This document shows positions 37,432 to 50,362 of a stretch of DNA of 64,000 nucleotides, one piece after another. Source of the stretch: Paragordius varius (taxonomy: Eukaryota > Animalia > Nematomorpha); contig OZ176057.1 of assembly GCA_964247055.1 (NCBI GenBank), forward strand, positions 3,658,001-3,722,000, given 5' to 3'. Positions within the stretch are counted from its first letter, which is position 1, and each line of letters begins with the position of its first letter. The notes beneath the pieces are model-generated. The model worked only from the letters and a program-made list of their open reading frames with translations, was not told the DNA's origin and did no database searches. Both the position numbers and the translations under genes were made by a program.

Positions 37432-40312
37432 ATTTTATCCATATACATCTCTATATTTAATACTATGTGGGATTACAGTAAAAACTGAAATTATACGCGG
37501 ACAAAATGTAAAAATATAAAAACAAATATTTTTTTGTAAAGACAACCATACTTTTATAAACCTTAATTTTTCTCATATAGATTAAATAATTACAATGTAA
37601 AAGATCTAATTGATTATGGAATCAATATACATACAAATTTATACTTTACAATTTAACATAATAAAAATGAAGTTTAAAAAATATGATTGTCTTTTAGAAA
37701 AAAAATATTTGTCAGGTTTTGTCCGCGTATAATTTCAAATTTTACTGTATAAGTTATGAGAGTTATAATTTAAATATCGTCAAGTTCTATAAAAGTATGG
37801 CGGTTTTTTAGGGGGGGGGGGGGGGGGGGAATAAATATTTATCCTTGCATTTTTATAATTTAATCCTTTACGTTATATTTTCATCAAGGTTGATTGTTAA
37901 CAATTTTTGTTGTTCTAATCGGGTTACTATATCATTTTGGGCAAACGTAATGCGTGAATCATTAGTTACCAAATCTTGACAATTTGTAAAATATTGTGAA
38001 GCCTATAATAAAAAATATATATAAAAGGAGATTTGAATATATATCCAGTAAAAATTTATATAAAAATTATATAGGTAAAAACATAGTTTAAATTATAAGA
38101 AAAGAAACGTAATATATACAATTTGTAATTACAATGTGATAACATTATTAGAAAGTTATTAATTATTGCCAAATATCATATATACAACAAAGGATAATAT
38201 TTTTTTCACTTTTTAATTGTGCCCTTTGTTATATATTCTGCTATTTGGGGCAATAATTGATAACTTTCTAGCAAACTATATATACTTACTCATACTGTAT
38301 ATTTAAATTTTTATTGGGCATATAATATATTTTTTGAAATTCCATATTCATACTATAGTTGGGGGCAATTTTCAAACACAGGAATGTATGGAAAAAAAGG
38401 GGAAATTTTTTATTAAACATTTTGTTGTTTTTTTATACATATTTTTTTAAAAAAATAAAATTGCAAACTAATAAAATATTCTTACATTAAATTTCCAATT
38501 GCAATCATATATATAAGTTTATAAAAAAGTTTTTTTAGAAAGTTTTATAAAAAAATATATTTTTTTGCAAAAAAGTATTTTATACATATAGATTCTTTAA
38601 ACACACCTTATCATTATTTTAATGTTTTAAAAACTATTAATTCCAAGCTAATATTTGCTTCATTCTCATTAGTTTTAAGTAAAAAACTAAAATAACTTAC
38701 AAAATATTATATTTTATTACATTTTAAAAGCTTGGACATAAAAAAAGTATAAGATACATTCTCAAAAATATAAATTAAAAACAAATTTAATATAATACTA
38801 ACTATAAAAGGGGTAGACTCTACAATTTTATCATTATTTTTATTATTATTTTTGTGATTTTTTGTGGGTTTAGGAATATCAAGCACATTTTTTGTCGAAT
38901 AACCATTCGTTGAACATTTATTTGATTCTACAAGTATATAAGAAAAAATATATAAATATATGTAAAATTTATAAAAAAAAAATAAATTTTTACCTTATAA
39001 ATATACTGTTTAATATTTTTTTTAGCAAATATAGGTAATTTGATAAAAGTTTTTTATCTATGAATCTTAAGAAATTATTTTGTGCAAAAAAACTATGATT
39101 TCAGTTCTATATTCATTATTGTATTTTGCAAGTTTCCGTCTTAAAAATTGATTTTTTTTAGCAAAAAAAAGCAATCATCTTGTTAACTTAATTTTAATTT
39201 TATCTTTCGACCGGGTAGATTATTGAAGGTCACCTTGATTAGTATTTTTAATATTAAATCTAATATTCGTCTTATGTTTCTACAAATGTATTATAGTTTC
39301 TATGGAGTTTTATACCTATATTTTCGGTTTAAAATCCTAACATATTTGGGTTTATCCGTTTAAAAATTTTGGGTTTAAAGTCAAATTTGTCTATATGATT
39401 CCGGTTTTATATTATCGGGCTTCAAAAAACTTTTTTACGAATAAAATTGAGATTCTCTTCGTTCATATAATTTTTACATATATTTCATTAAAATATGGCT
39501 ATTAAAAATTTTTGCTTGTAATAAATATGCAGTTAAATTTGTCTGGGGTCCAATCCTAATTAATTTTCAAAATGGAGTTTAAATTTATAAAAATTATGGT
39601 TTAAGTTAAAGATCTATTTTGTTTTTCATACAGTCGTCAAGGGATTTAAGACATTCACCCAATTATTTCGTGTTAAATATGTAATTAAAATTTTATTGTT
39701 TCACTTATTAATTCATAAAGGGTTAGTCCATTTTTTTTAAAATTTTATTAAATAAAAATAAAAAAAATTATATCAATTAAAATTAAAAGATTATATTAAA
39801 TATTAAGTTAATATATATATGCAAATTATATACCAATAGATTCAATTAAATGATCTATAAATTGTGGATCGTAAAATTTTCTGTCCTTCAGAATGGATAA
39901 AATGCGAATGACTTTAGTTTTAATTTGTTCGTCCCTGTATAACAATAGTTATATAAATAATAATGAAATTAGAATTTTAAAAAAATGTTTTACTTTATAA
40001 AATATATAGCTTCCGTTAAAGCCCTTCGATAGAGCTGAATATACATTTTAGCGTTTCGTTTTCGACAATTTTGAATAACATCGTTTGCCAGGTACATTAA
40101 ATTTAATTTATGTTTCTCTGTACCTAAGATTTGTTAAGAAATTAAAACGTACTTTGTTTAAGAGTTTTTAACCATAGTTCAACAATTTTATCGCTGTTTG
40201 CTTTATGATGAATAATCCAAAGAGATAAAGTTTGTACACTATCCTGCGTCGAATTAAGTTTTGAGAATTTTTCTTTCAAACGATTCATATCAAAACTAGT
40301 TCCACCAACCAT
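29695..40312 (-). CDS. RPRD2: Regulation of nuclear pre-mRNA domain-containing protein (RPRD2-like): CID, coiled coil and long Pro/Ser-rich tail, 835 aa (12 exons)
   Basis: Exons (-): 40312-40153, 40123-39994, 39934-39834, 38927-38803, 38002-37872, 37233-37160, 36280-36105, 35169-34914, 33781-33665, 32432-32322, 31203-31108, 30725-29695 (2508 nt, phases consistent). CID motifs SVQTLSLWIIHH and HKLNLMYLANDVIQNCRKRNA (RPRD2-type); coiled coil KDAKFVINAYEKYTTRI aligns by eye with RPRD2 KEVKVVANAYKTFANRV. RPRD1 versus RPRD2 assignment is less certain than the family call. Confidence 0.88.
31230..31280. repeat. (TA)n microsatellite abutting a family C MITE
   Basis: About 25 TA units. Other (TA)n tracts near 21672, 22838, 27188, 27310, 35543, 37397, 48555, 50300, 51262, 58265, 59286. 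Confidence 0.9.
31779..32292. mobile_element. Family C MITE with four tandem right ends
   Basis: One left TIR at 31779; right termini ...TAAATGG/TAATGG|tata end at 32060, 32135, 32212 and 32292 (period 75-80 bp). Confidence 0.85.
33123..33451. mobile_element. hAT-like family E copy
   Basis: Shares ATATGTGCTC...AATTGATATTTCC and AAATGCGGCCTGCGAAGTCATTTG with 14514-14735. Confidence 0.5.
34137..34394. mobile_element. MITE family C copy
   Basis: tata|CCATTTACAATTC ... GAATTATAAATGG|tata. Confidence 0.85.
37476..37747. mobile_element. MITE family B copy
   Basis: ta|CAGTAAAAACTG ... TTTTACTG|ta. Confidence 0.8.
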
Positions 40313-40401
40313 TTGAAAATAAGAAGTTTTAGGTTTCAATATTTATTTTTATACATTCACAAAATCAATCGTCCAATTTTTTGTAAAGGCTCACACATCC
40401 A
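40313..40401. promoter_or_regulatory. Inferred bidirectional promoter / 5' UTR interval between RPRD2-like and CSN1
   Basis: 89 bp separate the two divergent predicted start codons. No specific core-promoter motif was identified. Confidence 0.45.
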
Positions 40402-43400
40402 ATGTTTTCTGAGGAAGTAATTTTTAAACTCCTTTTTAAATTTATAACCTTTTGTAAACCATTTTTTTTGGTTTTTGCAGAATAGTTTGGATCCTTTAAC
40501 TTTCCAAGACGCATATGAAAACGATAATAGAATGGATGATGAAGATAATTTTTCCGATAACAATTTAACGCAAGACGATGACATAGGGACATTTAATATC
40601 ACATCAAATACGAATACATTAACCTCAACCGTCTTTCAGAATGGGAATACTAGGAATGCACTTTTTTCGATTCCAACCTTAAATATTGAGAAATCGCATT
40701 TGGTTTTTTTGCTACTTTAATTTATTACAAATAATTTGTATTTTTAATTTATTTATTAGTAAACCATACGGATTAAAATTAATAAAAGACTTATTTTAAA
40801 ATTTAAAACACACTATTAAATAATTTATTTTACACCTATAAAACCCCAAGTTCATTTTTAAATTTTTATATATTTAAAAATTGTTATTATTTTGGATGGT
40901 GTACCTTCCTATCATACTAATCAGTCTAGCTTTAGATCTAACAAAATTAAATATTGGTTGACCTCTTTTATTAATTTTTAACCTTGGAAAATTGTTTTTG
41001 AAGACTTATAGCTCTGCATAGCACCTTAGAAATTTATATTTTGAATTAACGCTTAATCTTTTGAGTTTTTGTCGCTCTTTTGCATTTATTTTATGATTTT
41101 CTTCATAATAATAAAAATATTTATAACTTTTTACAAAATTAATTCGCTATATTTCATTATGCTATTTTTATTTGGTTTTTTAGGATTTGGAAACTTATAT
41201 AGCTCCTTACAGGGGTATTAGTCGAATTCAAAGATTGCTATATGTTGCTCAACATTGTACGCAACTCGAGTTGGCAGCCTTGAAATTGTGCCTGACATAT
41301 GTGATTCAATCTAACTCGTGTGACACGTCACTCTACGTGCAATTGTATGATAGGATTGGCAATTTACTCAAAGCTAAATATTGTCATTTTTCTGGTTTAA
41401 TTTTAGTTTTTTTTATTTGTAATAAATAAATTTTTTTTTTGGGGGGGGGGGACATTAACTTTTTTTATAATTGATGTATACCATCCATTTGCAATTTAAA
41501 TTCACCCTTAAATAATTTAAATTCCTTCTTAAACAATTCAAATTTACCCTTAAACAATTCAAATTTACCCTTAAACAATTCAAATTTACACCCTTAAACT
41601 ATTCAAATTCACCTCTAAACAATTCAAATTCATCCTAAAAATAAATTGTGTGTTTTCGGGCTAATATAACTCATCATTAATGTGAAATATATCTTTATGG
41701 CTTAGTTTATTATTTTTTAATTATTATTTTAATTACAAACAAAATCTCATTTTTTTAATATATAAAAAAAAAATTTTTTAATTTAAAAAAACACAATATA
41801 TTTTCAAGGGCAAAATTTGAATCGTTAATCAAGGGTGAATTTGAAGTGTAAATGGTATATAATTTTTATAAAAAAATTTAGTTATGAAAAAATTTTTTTT
41901 ATAAAACATTCATGAAATTAAATTGTAAAATCAATATTACTTGTTGCTATACAACATGAATCAATTTAATTTTTGGGTAAATATTTTTGAATTTTAAATT
42001 TTTAACAAATTTTTCCATGTATTAGATATGAATGATAATTTACTATTTTCTCAAATAAATTTACCTGCCTTCAGTAAGGAATGGATTGAATTGGCTGGGA
42101 AGAGGGCTACACTTAAACTCGAAAAATTGGATTCTGACCTTAAAAGCTACAAAAATAATTTTATCAAAGAAAGTATTAGGTATTATTTATAACAGTATAA
42201 AATGCCAAAAATAAATATACCATTTACAGTTCAATTTCACCATTTAAACAATTTAAATTAATAAAATATATGTTTTTTAGGATTAAAAATTACCTATTTT
42301 TTATATATTTTTTTCAAAAATAAAAGTTTTGCTTAAAATTAAAATAATACTGAAAAAATAATAAACTATACCATAAACATATATTTCATATTAATAATTG
42401 AATTATACTAGTTCGAAAACACATAATTTATTTTTAGGGTGAATTCGAATTGTTCAAGGGGGAATTTGAATTGTTTGAGGGTGAATTTAAATTGTTCGAG
42501 GGTGAATTTGAATTGTTCAAGGGTGAATTTGAACTGTAAATATTAAAGACATATTTTTTAAAAAAAAACCCTAATGTTTTAACGTAACTTATGGATTTTA
42601 GGGATATAGTTTATGTGGAAAATGTTAATATTTAAAAAAGTATAATTCACTTTTTTTTAATAAAAAATATTTGTCCTTTTATATTGTTACGTTTCTGTAT
42701 ATTTTCAAACATTAATATGATGCATTTTAATGGTTACTTATTTCACACTATAGTAGGGGCAATTTCAACACACAGTAGTGTATGGAAAAAAACAACAAAA
42801 TGTTAAATAATCAATTATTTTCTTTCTTTTTTCCTTTTTCTATACGCTCCTGTGTTTTAATTGCCCTACTATAGTGTGAAATAAGCAACCATTAAAATGC
42901 ATACTATATATTACTTTCATAAAAACGTGGAATTTTATTTTTTTAGTCATCCTTATATGGTTTAAATTGTCTATTTTGTATATATTGCGGTAACCTAACT
43001 TTTTTTATGAATTTTACATTTATATATACATACATTTGCAGTAAAAATTGAAATTATACGGACAAAACATATAAATATAAAGACAAATATTTTTATTTTC
43101 AAAAGACCGTCGCTCTACTGTTTTGAACTTGATTTTATTATATATATAATTAACTCGTGGTTTTAAACTGCAAAGTATAATATAGAGATGTATAGTGGTA
43201 AAAATATCAATTATACATTTTATAATTTATATTTAATAAATAATAATTTATATGGGAAAAACTAAGGTTATCGAAAAAGTATGGTGAATTGTCTTGTACA
43301 AAAAAATATTTGTCTTTATATTTTCACGTTTTTTGCCCTTAAAATTTCAATTTTTACTATATATATTATATACAGTAAAAATTTAAATTATATGGACAAA

Positions 43401-46400
43401 ATGTAAAAATGTAAAGACAAAATTTGTTTTTCAAAAAATAACCATACTATTTAAAACCTTAATTTATCTTATAAAAAACATTTAATTACATTGGTAAAAT
43501 ACGTTTTTGATTATGTTATAACATGTCTTTGTTACATAGTAGTTTAAAATAATGAGTTATATTTTAAAATATCATCATGATTAAAAATGTATGGTGAATT
43601 GTTTTTTCGAAAATAATATTTGTTTTTATATTTTTAAGTTTTTTGCACTTAGAATTTTAATTTTTATTTATATCTGGATATATTTATGCATATAGACGTG
43701 GACATTACGATATGGGTGAACAATATTTGATTTGTGGCGACTTGGAAATGGCTTTTAAGGCATTTCTGAAACCCAAAGATTTTTGTACGACCCCTAAACA
43801 CATCCTAACTGCTTATCTGAACATTATGAGAGTAAATTTTTAACGTTATTTACCCTAAAATATTTGAAAGATTAAGTAAGGTCAAAATATTATTTAATTT
43901 TTGTAAAATTTAAAGTTAATATTTTTTAATTTTTCAAAAAAAATAATTGTTCAAAAGATAAAGTATAATATAAATTTCTCCTATCTTAATTCATATTATC
44001 AATACCTGTAAATACAGTAAAGCTTTCAAATTATAAAGAAAAAAATCTGAAGACAAATATTTCTTACAAAATAAAACCATATACAACCATATTTTTTTAA
44101 AAAAATTTGCTATTTAATAAAATTATATAATTTCAATATACCTATCTATTTCTTATTTTGCAACACAAAATGATGTGTAATATTTTTGTTTAAAAAGATC
44201 CAGGAAAGTATTATAGTTTTGTTTTTGAAAATAAATATTTTGTAACTTTTATAAGTTTTATTGTGACTTTTATATACAAAGTTTTTTTTCATATCACAAA
44301 CTTAAATAAATGAATTTTAATTGATCTAACCTTACTTTTAAATTCCTAGATTAGTATATACATGCAGAATTGGAACACTGTGCTGAGTTTTGGGCATAGA
44401 GCAGAAACCATCTTAGCTTCGGAATTACCACATGAAAACAATTTTGAAAGTTAGTTTTTATATATGTTTGAATTTTCCTTTATTTTATATTTTGAATTCC
44501 ATTTATTTTATATTTATTATTTTTATTTTAGGCAATGATAAAACTGTAAAAAAATTTGCTACGGAACAAATTTCAACCAATAATAAACAAAATAAAAGAA
44601 GTATATATATTCAGATTTATATTATAATATTTTTTTGCAATTTTAATTGATTTCATTGTTAAATGAGTCTTATAATTAAATAGCATACAATTTGTTGAAA
44701 ACACATTATAATTGAAATTTAAAATTTGTATATATAAACTCTAAAATACCATGTTTGATAATATTATTATTAGGAAAATTATCGGTTTTATATTTTTTTA
44801 TTAATTTCTTTAGTTGGATTGAAATTTAATTTGATTGTACTGGCAAGGGTATATAGTTATATATAGTTAGTGCCGTAAAGATAACCGATCATTTACCTAA
44901 CATTCTAAATATAAAATTTCATTTTATTTAAAACCTTGTCGGGATTTTTGGGTTTTTAAAACAGTTTTTATTTCTTTATTTTAAATTTATATGGATATAC
45001 CATCTACATTTGCAATTCAAATTCACCCTTGAAAAATTCAAATTTAACCTAAAAATAAATTATGTGTTTTTTGAACTAACTCATTATTATGAAATATATC
45101 TTTATGGCACAGTTTATTATTTTTTCAGTAATATTATAATTTAATAAAAAAAATTTTTAAAATGTATAAAAATATAGGGTAATTTTTAATTTTAAAAAAT
45201 ATAAATTTAATCGAGGGTGAATTTGAATTGTTTAAGGGTGAATTTGAATTGTTAATGGTATATATAAAATATAATTTACTTTAGGTAATATGTCAAGAAG
45301 CAGTACCTCAAATGTTCAGGTATATATTTACAATTTTTTAATTATATATATATATATATAAAAGCAAATTATTAAATTTTTTACCAGAAATTGAATTAAT
45401 TTGTCATAAATATAAATTTAACATTTAGACAGAACCATATGACTCTGAAACCGATGATATGCCATCTCGATCAACAGATAAACCAACATTTTCCAAAGAC
45501 CCAACCAAGTATTATTCAAATTTCTTAATTTGAACTATAAATTCCTTTTTAACAATGGATATGAACTAAAAACTAAAGGAATAATTAAGTAGAACAAATT
45601 GAAAAAGATAGTAAGTATTCCATGTAAAAAACGAAAATTTTGCATATAACAGAAATATATTCATTTTTTCGGAAAATTTATACATGAAACATACCAAGTA
45701 TCATTAATATAAACTCTTTATTAAGTGAAATTATGTGTATAAATTTATATTATTGGAATTTTTCTAGAAAACCAACCCAGACTAGTGGGTCGAATAGTAA
45801 TAGCACCACAAACCAAAACTTTTATCAAATTTGTGCTTCCAAAGTGGCTTGGATGATGGGTTTGGCTTATATGTCCCTTTGCACATTACCAGATACGTCC
45901 TCTAATAATTCCACAGATGCGTTGTTGTCACTTAATGGCCATGAAGCTAAAACAACAAAAGGTAAAAATATGCCTGCACAAGACTTTGAGGTTTGGGCAA
46001 CCAGTGCTTCAAGAAGCGCAAAAAATCATATGCGTCACGCTGCAATTATACCGAGGAGTACGGCTCTACATTCGAAACAGCACGATATTAAATCACTCCC
46101 TGGGTTTTGGACCAATAATGGTTATACTCTTCTTGAATCAGACATTGTTGGTGCCTCTGCTCTAAGCTCCAATATGTTTTTAAATGCCCTAGATTTACTA
46201 AACATGGAACGATTGATTGAAAGCACCACTTTACAAAATAGAATTCAAAATGATCACAACAATAATAATAATTTGGATAAGAATGTTGGTAATAATGGTA
46301 GTTTGATTGGTACATTGCGATCGTCTGCTCTCAAGTTTCTCTCTATTGGCTCAGTGGAACACGTGACACCCCTTGTGACAGGATCTATCACGTGTTCTGA

Positions 46401-48550
46401 TCAGCAGTTTCCTACGGCGTCAATGTCATACAATGAACTAAATGATTTTGAGTATACAGGAATCAAAGGGGGTACTGGTGGTGCCCTTACACCCCAACAA
46501 CTCCTAAGCCCGCGATCAGCTATTGGAGCGAATGGAGAGATGGCGTATAATGCACAACAGCCTCTCATAACACGTATGACAAACAAGGCTTTTATAATGT
46601 ATAATTTTTGGTTTTCCAGTAAAATGTAAAAAATTATATAGAATGTTAAGTATAAATATTTAAATTAATATTTGTTAATGAAGTGGTGCAATTAGAAAAT
46701 GAAAAGTTGAGCATATTTTTGGATCCATCCAATTTTTTATAAATGGATGCTCTAATTATATATAAATATATATATATATATACATATATACTAGCCTAAA
46801 TCTCGAATTATGATATTATATATATATATGAATTTTACAAATGTCTGTAAATCAAACCTCTCTACTCCATAGGGCAAAATTATACATGTCTTTTTTATTA
46901 TTTATATACCCGATGTCAAAAATAGAGCTTTTTTTCTCACGTTTCACCCAATAATTGCTTATGTCTTTTGATACTAAGATCATTGCTGAATAAATATTTT
47001 TTTGTTAACATTGTTAAAATTTAGTGTGCTTGAAACCTTTATACCCTTAAACCCGTACAACAAAATGTTTTTGAGGCTATTTTTAGCCAAAATTATGAGA
47101 TCATACGCTTATAAAGGCAAAACATTTGCCCCACTTCCTCGGGCTGCTTAGCACGATGCAGTTGATCACTGTAATGAGTGTAATTTGTTCTTATGGATTG
47201 GGTATATATGGCTTACACACAATCGAAAAATACCATTTAAAATAGCATAATTTTTTTCAAATCGTAAAAATTTACCTCTCATTAAAATAAACCCCTATTG
47301 TAAAATATTAATTTTTTAAGGGTTAATAAATATTTTAGGTTCTTATTGCACTCACATAGTCTCGTATGTTTTTTGGAATTCGGCTCCAAAGACATGCTGT
47401 ATCGATATGGTAGCGCAGTTTTACGCGTTAGCCCCCTAACCAGGGGCGAAACAAAAAATCCTCGATTAAAACTTTTGCATTAATTCGGGTAATACCTGGA
47501 ATCATGATTGATTCCATATCTCTCCTCTTGTAGGATTTGCGAAAAATTGCCTCAAAACCAAAAAGTCATTCTATAGTGGCGCATTTTTCAGTGCAAGGGC
47601 TTAATTAAGTGGTAATTAAATAAAACCGCCCGGCCTAAATTTTTGCCTTGAATCATATGGCCTGCTAGGTTTTCTGAAATTTAGCCCCAAAGGCGTGCTA
47701 TTTCGATATGACGGGTCAGTTTTTGGCGAAATTTCTTACCCAGCAGCTATCATCAAAGAAACGCTTGACTAAAATTTTTGCCTTGTGACAGGGAATACGT
47801 AGAATCCTTATTGAATTTTTGCGGTCTCATACCTAGGGCGAAAAATAGATTTAAAAAATTATTTTTGTGGACTTTTTTTTGAAAAAAATGGCATTTTACG
47901 GGGGGAGCGGGTAAAAAGAAGGCCTAAGTTAAAAAAGCTAGCCGACTATGTTCGGCGCAATCAAAAAAAGTAAGAGAATCATATTCGAAATCGAAAGGAC
48001 CAACACGTTTTCCGGAAAATTGTCTCAAAGACACGATTTATAACGGCCATTTTTTGACTGCTCTAAAACCCTCACTAAAAAAATATTTTTTTGTATCAAC
48101 ATTACCATATTTTCTTTTTTGGAGTTTGATATGATTTTTATATAAGCAAGTCACCATACTTATATTTATTTTTTAAAAGTTTTTTTGAAGACTTTTGATA
48201 AACATTGTTTGAAAAGCTTTATGAGACCAAGATTTATTTAAAATTAATATTTTTATAAAAATGCGTTATTGGAACATATACCATTTACTGCTCAAATTCC
48301 CTTTTGAACAATATGAATTCATCCTAAACTAAATTATGTGTTTTCGAATATTAAAAATTACCTATATTTTTTCATTAAATAATTAAACCTTTGGATATTA
48401 AAATAATATGGAAAATAATTTATGCCATAAAGAAATTCAGTTATAATAATGATGAGTTATAATAAGCCGAAAAACTTATAAATTTTATTGTTCAAGGGTA
48501 AATTAGATATATTTATAGGCGAGTTTGAGGTGTAAATAGTATAATTATAC

Positions 48551-48589
<39 letters not shown>

Positions 48590-50330
48590 GACCTTATCGA
48601 AAATTCTCAAAACATGGAAATGACATTGTCAACGATGAAAACAATTCTCCTCTTAACTTTAAAGTAATATAGTAATAATTTTAAACTTTTATATAAAAGT
48701 TTCTAAGGTTTATTTGTTAAGACGCATAGTTTTTAGTTATAATTACTTCATATGATTATTTTAATTCATTTTATAAAACCAATTTAATCGAACAGTTATA
48801 TTTTTGAACGCTTCATTACATCTTTTTTTGTAGACTATTAGTGTGGTTTTGTCTTTAGAGCTTAAACTTAAAAATGAACCACGATTGTTTTACAACAATT
48901 ATTTAACATTGTTTCTCCTGCATTGGATTAAAATGCTAATACATTTTTTTGAATTCTACAGTCCGAAATTGAGACATTTCCAAAACCCCATCTCAAACAG
49001 CTTAATTAATATCAATTTATATAATTTTTTTAACTAAAATACATTTTGAAAGTTTTTTATAGTTAGTTTTACATTTTTTAGCCATAATATACATTTATTT
49101 GCCTATTGTATTAGCGATATAAAAAATTTCAAAGAAAAAAATGGCGTAGTTTGAAATGAGAATTTTTACTATTTTTTTTTTGGTTGAATCATGCACCCAA
49201 ACGACTAAAGAATGCATATATATTTAAATTGGCCCGATAAAACCCATTAAATCATTAATAATCGCTATGGTGCGCAGGGTATTAATTTAATAACCCTATT
49301 TTAATATATTCAGCATAGCTTTTATACTTTTTTTAAAAAAAGTTTAAATTTTAAATATAAAAATGAAAAAAACAAAAACAAATTATTTATATAAGACAAC
49401 CAACCATATTTTTTACACCGTAAATTTTCGTAATATATTTTCGTGGGCTTGCGAAATATAAATGATTGGATAAAAATTGATCACCAAGTCAACGGTTATA
49501 CACAAAAAAGCAAGTTTTTAAAGAGTAAAGCTATTTTTTTCAATGATAACATTATTAACTTTAATTTAGCAGTCTTTTTACCCTAAAATTGACGCCTTTT
49601 TTAGCGAAAAAAACAAGTATTTTTAAATGCAACCCATTCTACTTTTCTATGTAAAATTTAACATAGAACATTGAATCAATTAGCAATAGCAATAATAGTA
49701 TCAACACCAATCAAAACTTGATTACTTCGCTTCAAAAATCTTCGAATGTTAATGCGCACGCGACAAAAATGCCCTTTGAGGACCCGAATGCGAGTTATAT
49801 AGTAACACCCAATAATATAGCTTGGTATACTGGTCTATGTTCTTTAGCTAGCTTATCACGAGCCGAAATTAAACGGAAATGCCTGAGCCCAAATTGGTAA
49901 AACGATTTATTACAATGTAAAAAATTTGCGTTTTTCCTACGCCATTCATATACCATTTACTGCTTAACTTATTTACCCCTAAACAATTCAATGTGTTGTT
50001 TTCACAAAGATTGAAAACTGCCTATATTTTTCATTTTTTTGAACAATGAAATTTCTGAACATTAATATTACTGAAAAAATAATAAAATATGCCATAAAGA
50101 TATTTTTTGTATTATTAATGATATATTATATAGCCCGTAAACACATAATTTTTTTTAGGGTAATTTTAATTGATTAAGGGTGTTTTATTGTTTAAGGATA
50201 TTTCGATTCAAATATAAATTTGAGTGTAAAATGGATACATATTATATAAATAATACAGTACAAGTCTGTTGTGTACAATGAAATAAAAACCAGAAGCTAT
50301 ATATATAGATATATATATATATATATATAG

Positions 50331-50362
<32 letters not shown>

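Noticed and set aside
38585-38760. Apparent extra RPRD2 micro-exons (FLLKTNENEANISLELI etc.) with 28-42-nt introns
   Set aside because: Phases do not join without stops; the direct 38803-38002 splice is in phase and aligns better with RPRD2.
41493-41640. Regular ~21-nt repeats resembling a CRISPR array or iterons
   Set aside because: No unique spacers; these are subterminal repeats of a eukaryotic MITE.
45917-46586. Overlapping ORFs in other frames within the large CSN1 exon
   Set aside because: Shadow frames of a GC-richer coding exon.
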